From positions 2,227,274-2,291,273 of the forward strand of contig OY762961.1 of NCBI GenBank assembly GCA_963666745.1: 64,000 nucleotides of DNA, written 5' to 3'. Position numbers and translations under genes: made by a program. Shown here piece after piece: positions 19,819-29,033 of this stretch; the first letter of the stretch is position 1, and each line of letters starts with the position of its first letter. The notes beneath the pieces are model-generated. The model saw only the letters and a list, made by a program, of their open reading frames with translations. It made no database searches and was not told where the DNA came from. The stretch is from an uncultured Desulfuromonas sp. (GTDB lineage Bacteria > Desulfobacterota > Desulfuromonadia > Desulfuromonadales > Desulfuromonadaceae).

Positions 19819-19871
19819 ATCGCAGATGTGTCATTTTAATGATACATTACTACTACTACCAGCTACACTCG

Positions 19872-20801
19872 TTATCCCTTGCTGGGCAACAGATACGAAA
19901 CATCGTTGACGATCCAGTCAAAAACCCACTGCATTCGCTCTACGTAGACGGTAAGTAAATTTCGCAGGAAAGCATTTTTAAAGTCATCTTCATAGCCTTC
20001 ACGAAGCCCCCTGTGTGTAATCCCACGATGGGACCCTGCCCCGCTAAGGGCATGGGTCTGAGCACGGCGGCTCATCTCAGGATCAGCACAGCAAGTCATC
20101 TCAAATGCAAGTTTAGAGGCAGCATCGTTTAAAAAGAACTTTGCAATTGGTGGAAGAAGCGGCAAGGCCTTCACATTGAAGCGACCCCATGCCGCACCGG
20201 GCGGCCAGTCCTGATGTTCTTCGTAACCACGTTTGCCAAGATAGCTGCACAGCTTGACTGCAGGGTTCCCATAGAGTGACTGAATACAGACAGCACGGTT
20301 CCTCGACTCCTTGCTGTTCAGTTCCGCAATTCGATGCCACGTGGTCAAAAACCACTTAGTGAGATCCTCACGGCTCTGCGGTTCGGGAAACAGCAAAACA
20401 ACATGGAGGTGCGGCGTCCCATCCGTTGAGGCCAACTCAAGCTTCCAGAGCCCTGAGCACACTGGAAAGGCACGCCTCATGGCGAGCTTAAGGTTTCGTA
20501 TTTGTTTCCGAACTGTCTCATGATCAGGACGACATAATCGGTTGCAATTCAGGGTTGCCATGAAACCACGAGAGTATCGAGCATCACCTTTACCAGGGGC
20601 CGTATATTCTGGCCAGTTAATCCGCAAGAACAGTTCCTGCATGTTCGCACGAGCAGTCTTACCAAGGCCTTTAATTGGATGGCATCCTTCGGCAAAACCT
20701 TCCCCTGTGATATTGCGATTTTCGCGTTCTCCGCCTCGGACTGATTTAGTCAGCCCATTCTTTTGCAAGGTCACGAGGATACTCTCAGAGGGTTCATTCA
20801 T
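19872..20801 (-). CDS. HUH-superfamily rolling-circle replication initiator-like protein
   Basis: Motif 1 FMATLN, motif 2 WKLELASTDGTPHLHVVLL, motif 3 SYLGK followed by WGRFN; AAGGAGG SD overlapping the upstream ORF. Confidence 0.78.
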   Translation of the reverse strand: MNEPSESILVTLQKNGLTKSVRGGERENRNITGEGFAEGCHPIKGLGKTARANMQELFLRINWPEYTAPGKGDARYSRGFMATLNCNRLCRPDHETVRKQIRNLKLAMRRAFPVCSGLWKLELASTDGTPHLHVVLLFPEPQSREDLTKWFLTTWHRIAELNSKESRNRAVCIQSLYGNPAVKLCSYLGKRGYEEHQDWPPGAAWGRFNVKALPLLPPIAKFFLNDAASKLAFEMTCCADPEMSRRAQTHALSGAGSHRGITHRGLREGYEDDFKNAFLRNLLTVYVERMQWVFDWIVNDVSYLLPSKG

Positions 20802-20804
20802 GAA

Positions 20805-21080
20805 TTACGCCTCCTTGCGCCGCTGCCGAATTAAAGCTAAAGCTTGAGTAAACTTCACAGCATCAAGTTCGTCATCCGTAAGCAAATGATGATAACGTCC
20901 GAGAAGCAAAAGCTTTTGTGCAACATTCACACTAATACCAGCCATACCAAGCAGGCTCTCCCAGCTGGGCTGAGCTGGCTCTTCAGAAAGCTTTTTCAGT
21001 TTGCTGACAAGCTCTGCAGCTTCGAGGTAGTCACGCGCTGTTACTGTAGGCAAAGGGATGTAAATGGAAGATTCTGACAT
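20805..21080 (-). CDS. Small hypothetical protein, possibly a DUF3102-like DNA-binding protein
   Basis: 91 aa, 3 bp upstream of rep; AELVSKLKK...SWESLL..AGISVNVAQKLLLLG pattern. Confidence 0.55.
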   Translation of the reverse strand: MSESSIYIPLPTVTARDYLEAAELVSKLKKLSEEPAQPSWESLLGMAGISVNVAQKLLLLGRYHHLLTDDELDAVKFTQALALIRQRRKEA

Positions 21081-21384
21081 TGGGTAAATCCTTTCGTCTG
21101 TTAAAAGTCAAAATGGGCGCAATTGCCCTACCCCGTTATGTGATTCGGCAGGGCATTTACTATTAACGACCCGAAAGAATTTTTCAGAGAGACGATAAAA
21201 GGAAGGATGGATGTATTGCTGTTAAAAAAAAATGGAGAGGATGTGGCCATAACGCCCGTTTTAACCGCTAATGGCAACCACGTATTACACTTACGTAAGT
21301 TACCATTTTAGTCATAATTAAACCCCAGTGGTCTCCTATCAACTACGAAAACCAGCTTTACAATTAGCGCAACAAAGGCAAAAA

Positions 21385-21424
21385 AGCCCAATTGGATTCC
21401 TGCTTTCAGGAATCTAATTGGGCT
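21385..21424 (-). terminator. Rho-independent terminator-like hairpin inside the island right end
   Basis: 18-bp stem with one wobble pair, AGCCCAATTGGATTCCTG-cttt-CAGGAATCTAATTGGGCT; T-tract follows on the minus strand. Confidence 0.6.
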
Positions 21425-21446
21425 GCAGACCAAAGTGTGGTACATT
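21423..21446 (+). repeat. Right putative integrase arm-type site
   Basis: CTGCAGACCAAAGTGTGGTACATT; 22/24 identical to 15497-15520. Confidence 0.65.
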
Positions 21447-21517
21447 TTTATCGGAAATTTCGTTAGATGCAGAAAAGAACTTCTTTGATTTCAGATAGTT
21501 ATATTTTGGCTTGCTCG

Positions 21518-21537
21518 TCCCATCTGCTCCCGCCAAA
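21518..21537 (+). repeat. attR core (displaced 3' fragment of selC)
   Basis: TCCCATCTGCTCCCGCCAAA, identical to 15417-15436. Confidence 0.93.
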
Positions 21538-21545
21538 TTCATCTA

Positions 21546-21580
21546 AAAAGCCCTGAAAGGCATTGCCTTTCAGGGCTTTT
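21546..21580. terminator. Bidirectional terminator (probably the original selC terminator)
   Basis: AAAAGCCCTGAAAGGC-att-GCCTTTCAGGGCTTTT, 8 bp after attR and downstream of the convergent YkgJ gene. Confidence 0.85.
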
Positions 21581-21618
21581 ATATTTATCGTCCCGCGTTT
21601 TTTGAGCTTGGCGAAAAT

Positions 21619-22302
21619 TTAAAGCGTCGCAATATCCAGCGGCTGGGACCACAGCTGCGGATCAGAGAAATCAATCAGCAACGCCAATGGAATAAACGTA
21701 TCCAACTCGCAAACATCGCGGCCCACCAACGCCTGGTTTACCTGGCGAATCAATTGTGCCTCTTGGGTAAAAAAGTCTCGGAACGGTCCACGTTGAACAC
21801 CCCCTACCGACTGACAAACAGCTTCTTCGTTGTAGGGGCAGCAGCCGTCGGAGAACACATCACCATCGACATCAACATGGGGCAGCCCATGCAACCGACA
21901 TGTCAACGGTCGCCAAGCATAGACGAGGCATTCTCCCTGATCATTCAGGAGAGGACAAGGTGTCGCATCATGCTCCGGCATCGTTTGCCAGGGGCGCTGC
22001 TGGAGATGGTTCAGTAAATACGGTGCAGCCAGTTCAGGCCATTGTTGTTGCAACTGCTTAAGGCGAGCGCGACAACGCTCTAAAACCTGTTCTCTGCGGG
22101 ACGTCTCCAGCGTCGAGAACCCCATCTGCAACAGTAGGGCATCTGGCAGAGTAATATCAAACAGCCCTCGGCAGCAATCGCTACAGCCGATATGGCAGCC
22201 TAAAGAGGGGCCAAGGGACGAAGCAGCGTCGTCAAACCACTGATCAACCTGGGCGAGCAGAGATTGATAGGAATCAAGCAGTTGAAAAAGGGCCGCCATC
22301 AC
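21619..22302 (-). CDS. YkgJ-family cysteine-cluster (Fe-S/Zn) protein
   Basis: CHIGCSDCC ... CPLL...GECLVYAWRPLTCR. Confidence 0.85.
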   Translation of the reverse strand: MMAALFQLLDSYQSLLAQVDQWFDDAASSLGPSLGCHIGCSDCCRGLFDITLPDALLLQMGFSTLETSRREQVLERCRARLKQLQQQWPELAAPYLLNHLQQRPWQTMPEHDATPCPLLNDQGECLVYAWRPLTCRLHGLPHVDVDGDVFSDGCCPYNEEAVCQSVGGVQRGPFRDFFTQEAQLIRQVNQALVGRDVCELDTFIPLALLIDFSDPQLWSQPLDIATL

Positions 22303-22309
22303 AGAGTCA

Positions 22310-24973
22310 TCACGAATTTTGCTGAATCATCAGCTGCTCAAAATTTTCGGCAGGAACTGGACGACTGAACAGATAGCCCTGACCATAGCCGCAACCACGA
22401 TCCAGAAGAAACTGGTGCTGATCCTGTTCTTCAATTCCTTCAGCAATAACTTTAAGATTCATATTGCGCGCCAGATCAATAACCGCCGTAGCAATAGCGG
22501 CATCGTTGGGGTCAATGATGACATCACGGACAAAGGATCGATCAATTTTCAGATATTGGATAGGGAATTTTTTCAGATAGGCCAATGACGAATAGCCGGT
22601 ACCAAAATCATCGATAGACAGCTGAATACCCAGATCATGAAGTTCAACGAGACGTTCAACCGCCCCGTCAACATCATTCATGATGATACTTTCGGTAATT
22701 TCCAGGTCGAGATATTCGGGGTTCAGCCCCGTTTCTTTCAAAATCCGGCGCACCATGGGCACCAGATCTTTTTGACGGAATTGACGGGCCGACATATTGA
22801 CGGAAATACGGATTGGCGGATAGCCTTGCTGCTGCCATTGTCGCGCCTGAAGGCAGGCTTGTTTCAGGACCCATTCGCCAATCGACACAATCAGCCCGGT
22901 CTCTTCCGCCATTGGGATAAAATCCCCCGGTGCAATCATGCCATGTTCAGGATGTTGCCAGCGCACCAAAGCTTCAGCACCAATAATCTTCTGTGTGGCC
23001 AGCTCCACTTGGGGCTGAAAATACACCACCAGATGGTTTTTTTCCACGGCCTGACGCAAGGCCCCTTCGAGAACCAGCAGCTCACTGACCCGTTCGTTAA
23101 GTCCGGCCGTGTAGAAACGGTAATTGTCCCGACCAAGTTCTTTGGCTTTAAACATGGCCGCATCAGCACTCTTGAGTAATGAAATAACATCTTTGCCATC
23201 ACCCGGATAAAGGCTGATACCGATACTGACGGTCAGAAAAAGCCGGTATCCCTCCACCACCATCACTTCCGCAAGGCGACGATTCACCTCCTGGGCGATG
23301 AGGATCACATTTTCGATATTATTGAGCTGATCGATAATAATAGCGAATTCATCACCACTGAGACGAGCAACCGTATCAAGCCCGCCAATACACAGACGTA
23401 AGCGTCGTGCCACTTCGCACAAAAGTCGGTCACCGATCTCATGACCAAGCGAGTCATTAATTTTTTTGAAATGATCCAGATCAATAAACAACACCCCAAC
23501 CTGATAATGGCCAAGTGCCGCCATGCTGATCGCGTGCTGCAAACGGTCGCGAAACAACTGCCGGTTGGGCAGGTCCGTGAGCACGTCGTGATAGACCAGA
23601 TACTCCAGATGGTCCTCATTGTCACGCAATCGCTGCTCAGACAGCTCCCGCTCAATTTCAGCACTTACCCGCGCGGCCATGATCGCCAAAACATCTTTGG
23701 CCCGCTCAAGGCTCTTGATCTTGCCACGTGACAACACACTGAGAATGCCGATCACCTCGCCGTGGTGATCACGTATGGGCGTGCCAACATAGCCTTCCGC
23801 CTGCATCTGAGAGACCAGAGTACAGTTGGGGTAATGCTCCATCACCCCTTCACTCATCAGACACATGCCCTCACCAACGACGCGTTCACAAGGGGTATCA
23901 GACAGGTTGAAACTGTACGCCGGGATGGCAACACCGTCCTGAATGGTTGCCAGAGACTGAACCTTGCCACCCTCCTGAAGGCGACCGACGATGGCACAAT
24001 CGGCGTCAAACCACTGGCAGAGCTGCTGGGCGACCCGCCGATAGCAATTGCTGCCGGTAAAACCGACAGCACTTTCGACCAGAGACTGCATGGCGGACTG
24101 CATTTCACGAAGACTGGTAATATCCTGAATGGTTCCGACCAGTCCGGCAAGCTCGCCATCACGGTCAAAGAACGGCGCTTTATTGAAAAGCACCTGGCGG
24201 GTGCTCCCACGACCCTCTTCAATAGAGGATTCATAGGTACGGGACAACGCGCTTTCGTAAACCTTGTTATCTTCGCGAATAGCAACAACTGCTCGCATAG
24301 GTGGCATGATCTCAGCGGCGCGATGGCCGATAATATCGCGTCGTGATTTATTGAGTAAATCTTCGTAACTGCGATTACAGCCCAGATAGCGACTGTTGAC
24401 ATCCTTGTAAAACACCGGATTGGGAATCGCATCGAGCAAACTTTGCAGGAAATGCAGTTCTTCGTCGCGCTGTCGCTCAATTTTAATCCGCTCTAACTCT
24501 GCTGCTGCACGCATGGCGAACAGGTGCAAAGCGGTTTCCGCCATTTCTATATCGCCCAGTGATCGGCGACTGAACACGGCCAGCGGACCGATAACCTCTC
24601 CGGCAGAATTGATTAACGGCAGCCCGATATAGCTTTCAACTTCCAATTCAATGGCTAAATGATCGAGGGGGAAAAGCTTGAGGACATCTTCCGGATAGCG
24701 TTGCAACCCTTCACGAACCACAACAGCACAAGGGGTGTTTTCCAGCTCAAATTCCAGGTTATCAATATTTTCGCCGTCAGCATAAACGGCAACCGTCCTG
24801 ACAAAGGTATGACTGTCATCGGTAAATTCACCGATAAAGGCATAATCCGCACCGGCAACACGGGCAAGCTTGGTTGTCAAAGCCCGAAAAAACGGCTCGC
24901 CAACCAGCCCCATCAGATCATGATAGAGTTCCTGTAGAACCATATCCTGATTACTCGAATGTCCTACTGCCAT
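22310..24973 (-). CDS. GAF-PAS-GAF-GGDEF-EAL c-di-GMP signalling protein
   Basis: Two homologous GAF-like repeats, PAS (NPVFYKD), DVLTDLPNR/SGDEF, EAL motif as EALVRW, and DDFGTGYSSL. Confidence 0.92.
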   Translation of the reverse strand: MAVGHSSNQDMVLQELYHDLMGLVGEPFFRALTTKLARVAGADYAFIGEFTDDSHTFVRTVAVYADGENIDNLEFELENTPCAVVVREGLQRYPEDVLKLFPLDHLAIELEVESYIGLPLINSAGEVIGPLAVFSRRSLGDIEMAETALHLFAMRAAAELERIKIERQRDEELHFLQSLLDAIPNPVFYKDVNSRYLGCNRSYEDLLNKSRRDIIGHRAAEIMPPMRAVVAIREDNKVYESALSRTYESSIEEGRGSTRQVLFNKAPFFDRDGELAGLVGTIQDITSLREMQSAMQSLVESAVGFTGSNCYRRVAQQLCQWFDADCAIVGRLQEGGKVQSLATIQDGVAIPAYSFNLSDTPCERVVGEGMCLMSEGVMEHYPNCTLVSQMQAEGYVGTPIRDHHGEVIGILSVLSRGKIKSLERAKDVLAIMAARVSAEIERELSEQRLRDNEDHLEYLVYHDVLTDLPNRQLFRDRLQHAISMAALGHYQVGVLFIDLDHFKKINDSLGHEIGDRLLCEVARRLRLCIGGLDTVARLSGDEFAIIIDQLNNIENVILIAQEVNRRLAEVMVVEGYRLFLTVSIGISLYPGDGKDVISLLKSADAAMFKAKELGRDNYRFYTAGLNERVSELLVLEGALRQAVEKNHLVVYFQPQVELATQKIIGAEALVRWQHPEHGMIAPGDFIPMAEETGLIVSIGEWVLKQACLQARQWQQQGYPPIRISVNMSARQFRQKDLVPMVRRILKETGLNPEYLDLEITESIIMNDVDGAVERLVELHDLGIQLSIDDFGTGYSSLAYLKKFPIQYLKIDRSFVRDVIIDPNDAAIATAVIDLARNMNLKVIAEGIEEQDQHQFLLDRGCGYGQGYLFSRPVPAENFEQLMIQQNS

Positions 24974-25066
24974 TCAGTCCCCTGTCCAGTCCAGCACGTA
25001 TTTGATTAGACCATAATAAAAAAACGAATTTTCATATTAAATTAAACAACAACATTAATCAAGTTA

Positions 25067-25522
25067 TCATCGCGCATCACGGACACAAACAACCGAATTA
25101 TAATTGTGCTCTTCCATGGGCGAAGCTTGCTCACTTAAAAAAGATACCGCCCAAAAACGTCGTCCCTCTTCGCCATAAGGCGTAGAGGTCCAGTAAATTG
25201 CCCGTTCGACACCGGCCATGCTGCGACGATGCCGCGTCGAAAGATGTAATAAACCTTTCAGCTCTTCAACCGTCGGCAAACGCCAGTCGTAATGCCCTCC
25301 CTGAGTCAGCTGTTGGCAATATTTCTTACCATCCTTATGCCAAAAACGCTGATCATGGGTATGAAAAGCCCAAAAACTTTCCGCCTGATGTTCCCACTCC
25401 AGCCCCTGATCCGCCGAGGGGGTCACGACTAGGGAGAACAAGCTGATGACTAATAGGACAAAGCCTGAAGAAAACAGCCAGATAAGCGAGTGTCTTTTCC
25501 TTACAAAGTGAGCAGGAAGCAT
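25067..25522 (-). CDS. DUF1566 (Lcl C-terminal-like) domain protein with an N-terminal TM/signal
   Basis: YC..L..GGHYDWRLPTVEEL...YWTST...WAVSF...VVCVR. Confidence 0.8.
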   Translation of the reverse strand: MLPAHFVRKRHSLIWLFSSGFVLLVISLFSLVVTPSADQGLEWEHQAESFWAFHTHDQRFWHKDGKKYCQQLTQGGHYDWRLPTVEELKGLLHLSTRHRRSMAGVERAIYWTSTPYGEEGRRFWAVSFLSEQASPMEEHNYNSVVCVRDAR

Positions 25523-25652
25523 GTTGTTGCCCTCGACATGGATATGATACCCTACGGAAATTCGTACTCATGCTGTCTAGTATACATGCAACAACATTGC
25601 CAGACGCTGGCAGCTTTTTGATAAGAAACATCATCTGGAGCACAACGGCCCC

Positions 25653-27053
25653 ATGAAGAATCACATTGCCCTTCTTAAGCAGCTACCGGCCATCGACCGG
25701 CTTCTCCAGCATCCGTCTCTCAGCCAGAGCTCGGCTCCGCATTGCCTGGTTGTCGAAGCCGCTCAAGAGACCGTGGAGCAATGCCGCCAAACCATTCTCA
25801 GCGCTGTAGAGGGGCAGGAGATCATGATCGATCCAGAATCACTGGCCCTCCAGGCGGCAACCCTTCTGACAACGAAGCTGCGCGCATCGTTATGCCGGGT
25901 GATCAACGCAACCGGCACCCTCTTACACACAAATCTTGGCCGGGCTCCCCTCAGCGATGAAGCTCTGGAGAATATTGATCAGGTCGCCCGAGGCTATTCC
26001 AATCTGGAGCTCAACCTGACCACAGGTAAACGGGGGCATCGCTATAGCCACATTGACGAGCTGCTGTGTCGGTTGACCGGGGCTGAGGCCGCCGCAGTGG
26101 TCAACAATAATGCTGGCGCCGTCCTGCTGTCGCTGACGGCACTCGCCAAAGGGCGCGAAGCGATCGTTTCTCGTGGTGAGCTGGTGGAGATCGGTGGCGC
26201 TTTTCGTGTTCCCGATGTTATGGAAGCCGGTGGCGTTCAACTTCGCGAGATTGGCACCACTAACAAAACGCACCTCAAAGATTACCGCCAGGCGATCAAT
26301 GAAAATACCGGTCTGTTGCTCAAAGTACATACCAGCAATTACCGGATCGTCGGCTTCACCCAATCGGTCAGTGCCGCTGAGATGGTTGACTTGGGCAAGG
26401 AACACAAGATCCCGGTCATGGAAGACCTCGGCAGTGGCATGCTGTTTGATCTCAGTGAATTCGGCCTACCACGTGAACCGACCGTGCGGGAAGCGATTGA
26501 TGCTGGCATTGACCTGTTGACATTTAGCGGTGACAAATTACTCGGCGGGCCTCAAGCCGGTTTGATTGTCGGTAAAAAATGGGCGATTGATAAAATCCGC
26601 AACCATCCTCTGGCTCGAGCCTTGCGTATCGACAAATTGACCCTGGCAGCGCTTGAAACCACCCTGAGTCACTATCTTGATCGCCAGCAGGCGATTGAAA
26701 AAGTTCCGGTATTGCGCATGTTAAACATGAGTGCTGAGCACCTTAAGGAACGCAGTGAGGCTTTTATCGTCCAGCTCAAAGCACGCTTTGATGGGGATGC
26801 CAACATCGAACTGATAGAAGAACCCTCCTGTGTCGGCGGAGGTGCCCTGCCCATGACGGAACTGGATGGATGGGGAATCGCCATCTCCTTTGCCAAGCGC
26901 AGCGTTGACCAGTATGCGACGCTGCTGCGTCAGGCCCAGATTCCCGTTGTGGCCCGGATACAGGAAAACCGCTTGATTGTTAATCTGCGCACTGTTCTCC
27001 CGGCTCAGGAACCTCTGCTGCTTGATGCTTTGACCGCCACATACGGCGCATAA
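25653..27053 (+). CDS. selA: L-seryl-tRNA(Sec) selenium transferase
   Basis: RVINATGTLLHTNLGRA, VNNNAGAV, SRGELVEIGG, FSGDKLLGGPQAG. Confidence 0.98.
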   Translation: MKNHIALLKQLPAIDRLLQHPSLSQSSAPHCLVVEAAQETVEQCRQTILSAVEGQEIMIDPESLALQAATLLTTKLRASLCRVINATGTLLHTNLGRAPLSDEALENIDQVARGYSNLELNLTTGKRGHRYSHIDELLCRLTGAEAAAVVNNNAGAVLLSLTALAKGREAIVSRGELVEIGGAFRVPDVMEAGGVQLREIGTTNKTHLKDYRQAINENTGLLLKVHTSNYRIVGFTQSVSAAEMVDLGKEHKIPVMEDLGSGMLFDLSEFGLPREPTVREAIDAGIDLLTFSGDKLLGGPQAGLIVGKKWAIDKIRNHPLARALRIDKLTLAALETTLSHYLDRQQAIEKVPVLRMLNMSAEHLKERSEAFIVQLKARFDGDANIELIEEPSCVGGGALPMTELDGWGIAISFAKRSVDQYATLLRQAQIPVVARIQENRLIVNLRTVLPAQEPLLLDALTATYGA

Positions 27054-27068
27054 ACTGACGAGATAACT

Positions 27069-28994
27069 ATGGCTGCACGACGCAATATCATCATCGGCAC
27101 CGCTGGTCATGTTGACCACGGTAAGACCGAATTGATCAAAGCCCTAACCGGGGTGCAAACCGACCGCCTCAAAGAGGAACAACAACGCGGAATCTCCATT
27201 GACCTGGGTTTTGCCTCATTCCAATTGCCCAATGGTGATCATGCCGGAGTCATCGACGTTCCCGGCCATGAAAAATTCATCAACAACATGCTCGCCGGCA
27301 TCGGTGGCATTGATCTGGTCCTGCTCGTCGTCGACTGCAACGAAGGGGTTATGCCCCAAACTCACGAGCACTTGCAGATTCTCAACCTGTTACAAATCCC
27401 TCGTGGCATCATTGTCATGACCAAAGTTGATCTGGCTGACGAAGATTGGGTGGACATCGTGGAAGAGGAGGTTCGCGAAGAGGTCTCCGAGACTTTTTTG
27501 GCCAACGCTCCGGTCTGCCGCGTGTCATCGATCACCAAACAGGGTATCCCGGAACTGATTAACACCATCGTTGACGCCGTATCCGCTCTGCCGCAGCGTG
27601 ATTCTGACGGACCGATGCGCCTGCCCATTGACCGCCACTTCTCCGTCGCCGGATTTGGCACCGTTGTCACCGGCACGTTACTCACCGGACAGGCGTCTGT
27701 CGGCGATACGGTTGAAGTGTTGCCACCCGGCGAAAAAGTTCGCATCCGTGATATCCAGGTCCACGGCAAAAAAACACCAACGGCCCTGTGCGGCCAGCGT
27801 GTGGCTCTTAATCTCGCCGGGCTTGAACGTGATGTCTTGCAACGTGGCTGCGTCATCGGCACACCGGGAATTTTCGAACAAACCAGTCGCCTTGATGCGC
27901 GTTTGACCTTGCTTGAAGACGCACCTCGTCCGATCAAATTTCGTGATCCGGTTCACTTTCACCTGGGCACGGCTCGCGTTGTCGGCCTGGTGGCGCTGCT
28001 TGATCGCGATGAATTGAAACCGGGTGAATCCGCGCTGGTCCAGATTCATCTGGACAAACCACTCGTCGCCCATCGCCAGGATCGCTTTATCGTCCGCTCC
28101 TATTCACCGGTGACGACGATCGGCGGCGGACTGGTGATTGATCCGGCCCCGGAAAAGCACAAACGCTTTCGCAAAGAGGTGATGAAAGCCATTGAAGAGC
28201 TCGAATCCGGCGAAAGTTCATTTCTGCTGCAAAAGCTCACAGAACAGCAGTGCGCGCGCGTCAAAGAGCTTGAGCAGGTTTCCGGCATGGGCAAAGAGCG
28301 AATTACCAGCCATCTTGAACAACTTGCTCAGGAAGGAAAAGTTCACCAGATTGCCGACCAGTGGGTACCCACATCCCTATTACGAGCTTTTGAAGCGCAA
28401 CTGGTCGACCAGGTCAGCCGAGGTCATCAGGACAATCCTCTCCTTCCCGGCACTCCACACGCGACACTCAAGGCGCGCTTACCCAAGCAGCTTTCGCCCA
28501 AAGCCTTTGACGCGTTACTTGGCCGCACCCCGTTGCAACGCGTCGGCGAATGGGTACAAACGGAAGGCTTCCACCCCACACCAACAGACAAACAGAATCA
28601 GGACCTTGACCGCATTGAGTCGGCCTACAAATCCGCCGGAGTGCAAGCCAAAGGTCGCCGCGACATGCTGGATGATTTTGATTTCAGCGATGAACAGCTC
28701 GAAGAGTATCTCGGCTACCTGTTTTTCAACGGTCGCCTGATCAAATTAAATGACGATACCTTTTTCCACCACAGTAGTTACCGACTTGCCGTGGAAAAAC
28801 TGGTGGCCCATTTCGCCCAAAATGCAAGCCTGACGCTTGGCGAATACCGGGACATTCTGGGTAGCGCGCGCAAACCGGTTCAGGCGCTGTTGGAGCATTT
28901 TGACGCTCTGAAGTACACAATGCGTAAAGGAGACGCAAGAGAAGCATGGAATCTCCCAGACCCACGTGAGCTGCCGCAGCTTAAAGGGCAGTAA
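27069..28994 (+). CDS. selB: Selenocysteine-specific elongation factor
   Basis: [36 protein letters not shown]; C-terminal winged helices ending in [13 protein letters not shown]. Confidence 0.98.
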   Translation: MAARRNIIIGTAGHVDHGKTELIKALTGVQTDRLKEEQQRGISIDLGFASFQLPNGDHAGVIDVPGHEKFINNMLAGIGGIDLVLLVVDCNEGVMPQTHEHLQILNLLQIPRGIIVMTKVDLADEDWVDIVEEEVREEVSETFLANAPVCRVSSITKQGIPELINTIVDAVSALPQRDSDGPMRLPIDRHFSVAGFGTVVTGTLLTGQASVGDTVEVLPPGEKVRIRDIQVHGKKTPTALCGQRVALNLAGLERDVLQRGCVIGTPGIFEQTSRLDARLTLLEDAPRPIKFRDPVHFHLGTARVVGLVALLDRDELKPGESALVQIHLDKPLVAHRQDRFIVRSYSPVTTIGGGLVIDPAPEKHKRFRKEVMKAIEELESGESSFLLQKLTEQQCARVKELEQVSGMGKERITSHLEQLAQEGKVHQIADQWVPTSLLRAFEAQLVDQVSRGHQDNPLLPGTPHATLKARLPKQLSPKAFDALLGRTPLQRVGEWVQTEGFHPTPTDKQNQDLDRIESAYKSAGVQAKGRRDMLDDFDFSDEQLEEYLGYLFFNGRLIKLNDDTFFHHSSYRLAVEKLVAHFAQNASLTLGEYRDILGSARKPVQALLEHFDALKYTMRKGDAREAWNLPDPRELPQLKGQ

Positions 28995-29033
28995 AACGCG
29001 CAGCATGCATTCCCCCTGCGAAAAGGACAGACT

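Larger units (their letters stand above)
15417..21537. mobile_element. ~6.1 kb genomic island integrated at the 3' end of tRNA-Sec
   Basis: Flanking 20-bp direct repeat; integrase next to attL; displaced host terminator after attR; Rep, resolvase and cargo lipoproteins inside; visibly AT-richer segments. Confidence 0.93.

Noticed and set aside
19848-19860. (TAC)4 as a pMV158-type nick site (TACTACG/AC)
   Set aside because: It lacks the G/AC and the flanking G/C stem; kept only as a descriptive note in the hairpin finding.
21113-21311. Tiny plus-strand ORFs (MGAIALPRYVIRQGIYY, 21113-21166; a 34-aa ORF, 21207-21311) as remnants of a second integrase or excisionase
   Set aside because: The resemblance to integrase N-termini covers about 10 residues only, too short to support without a profile search.
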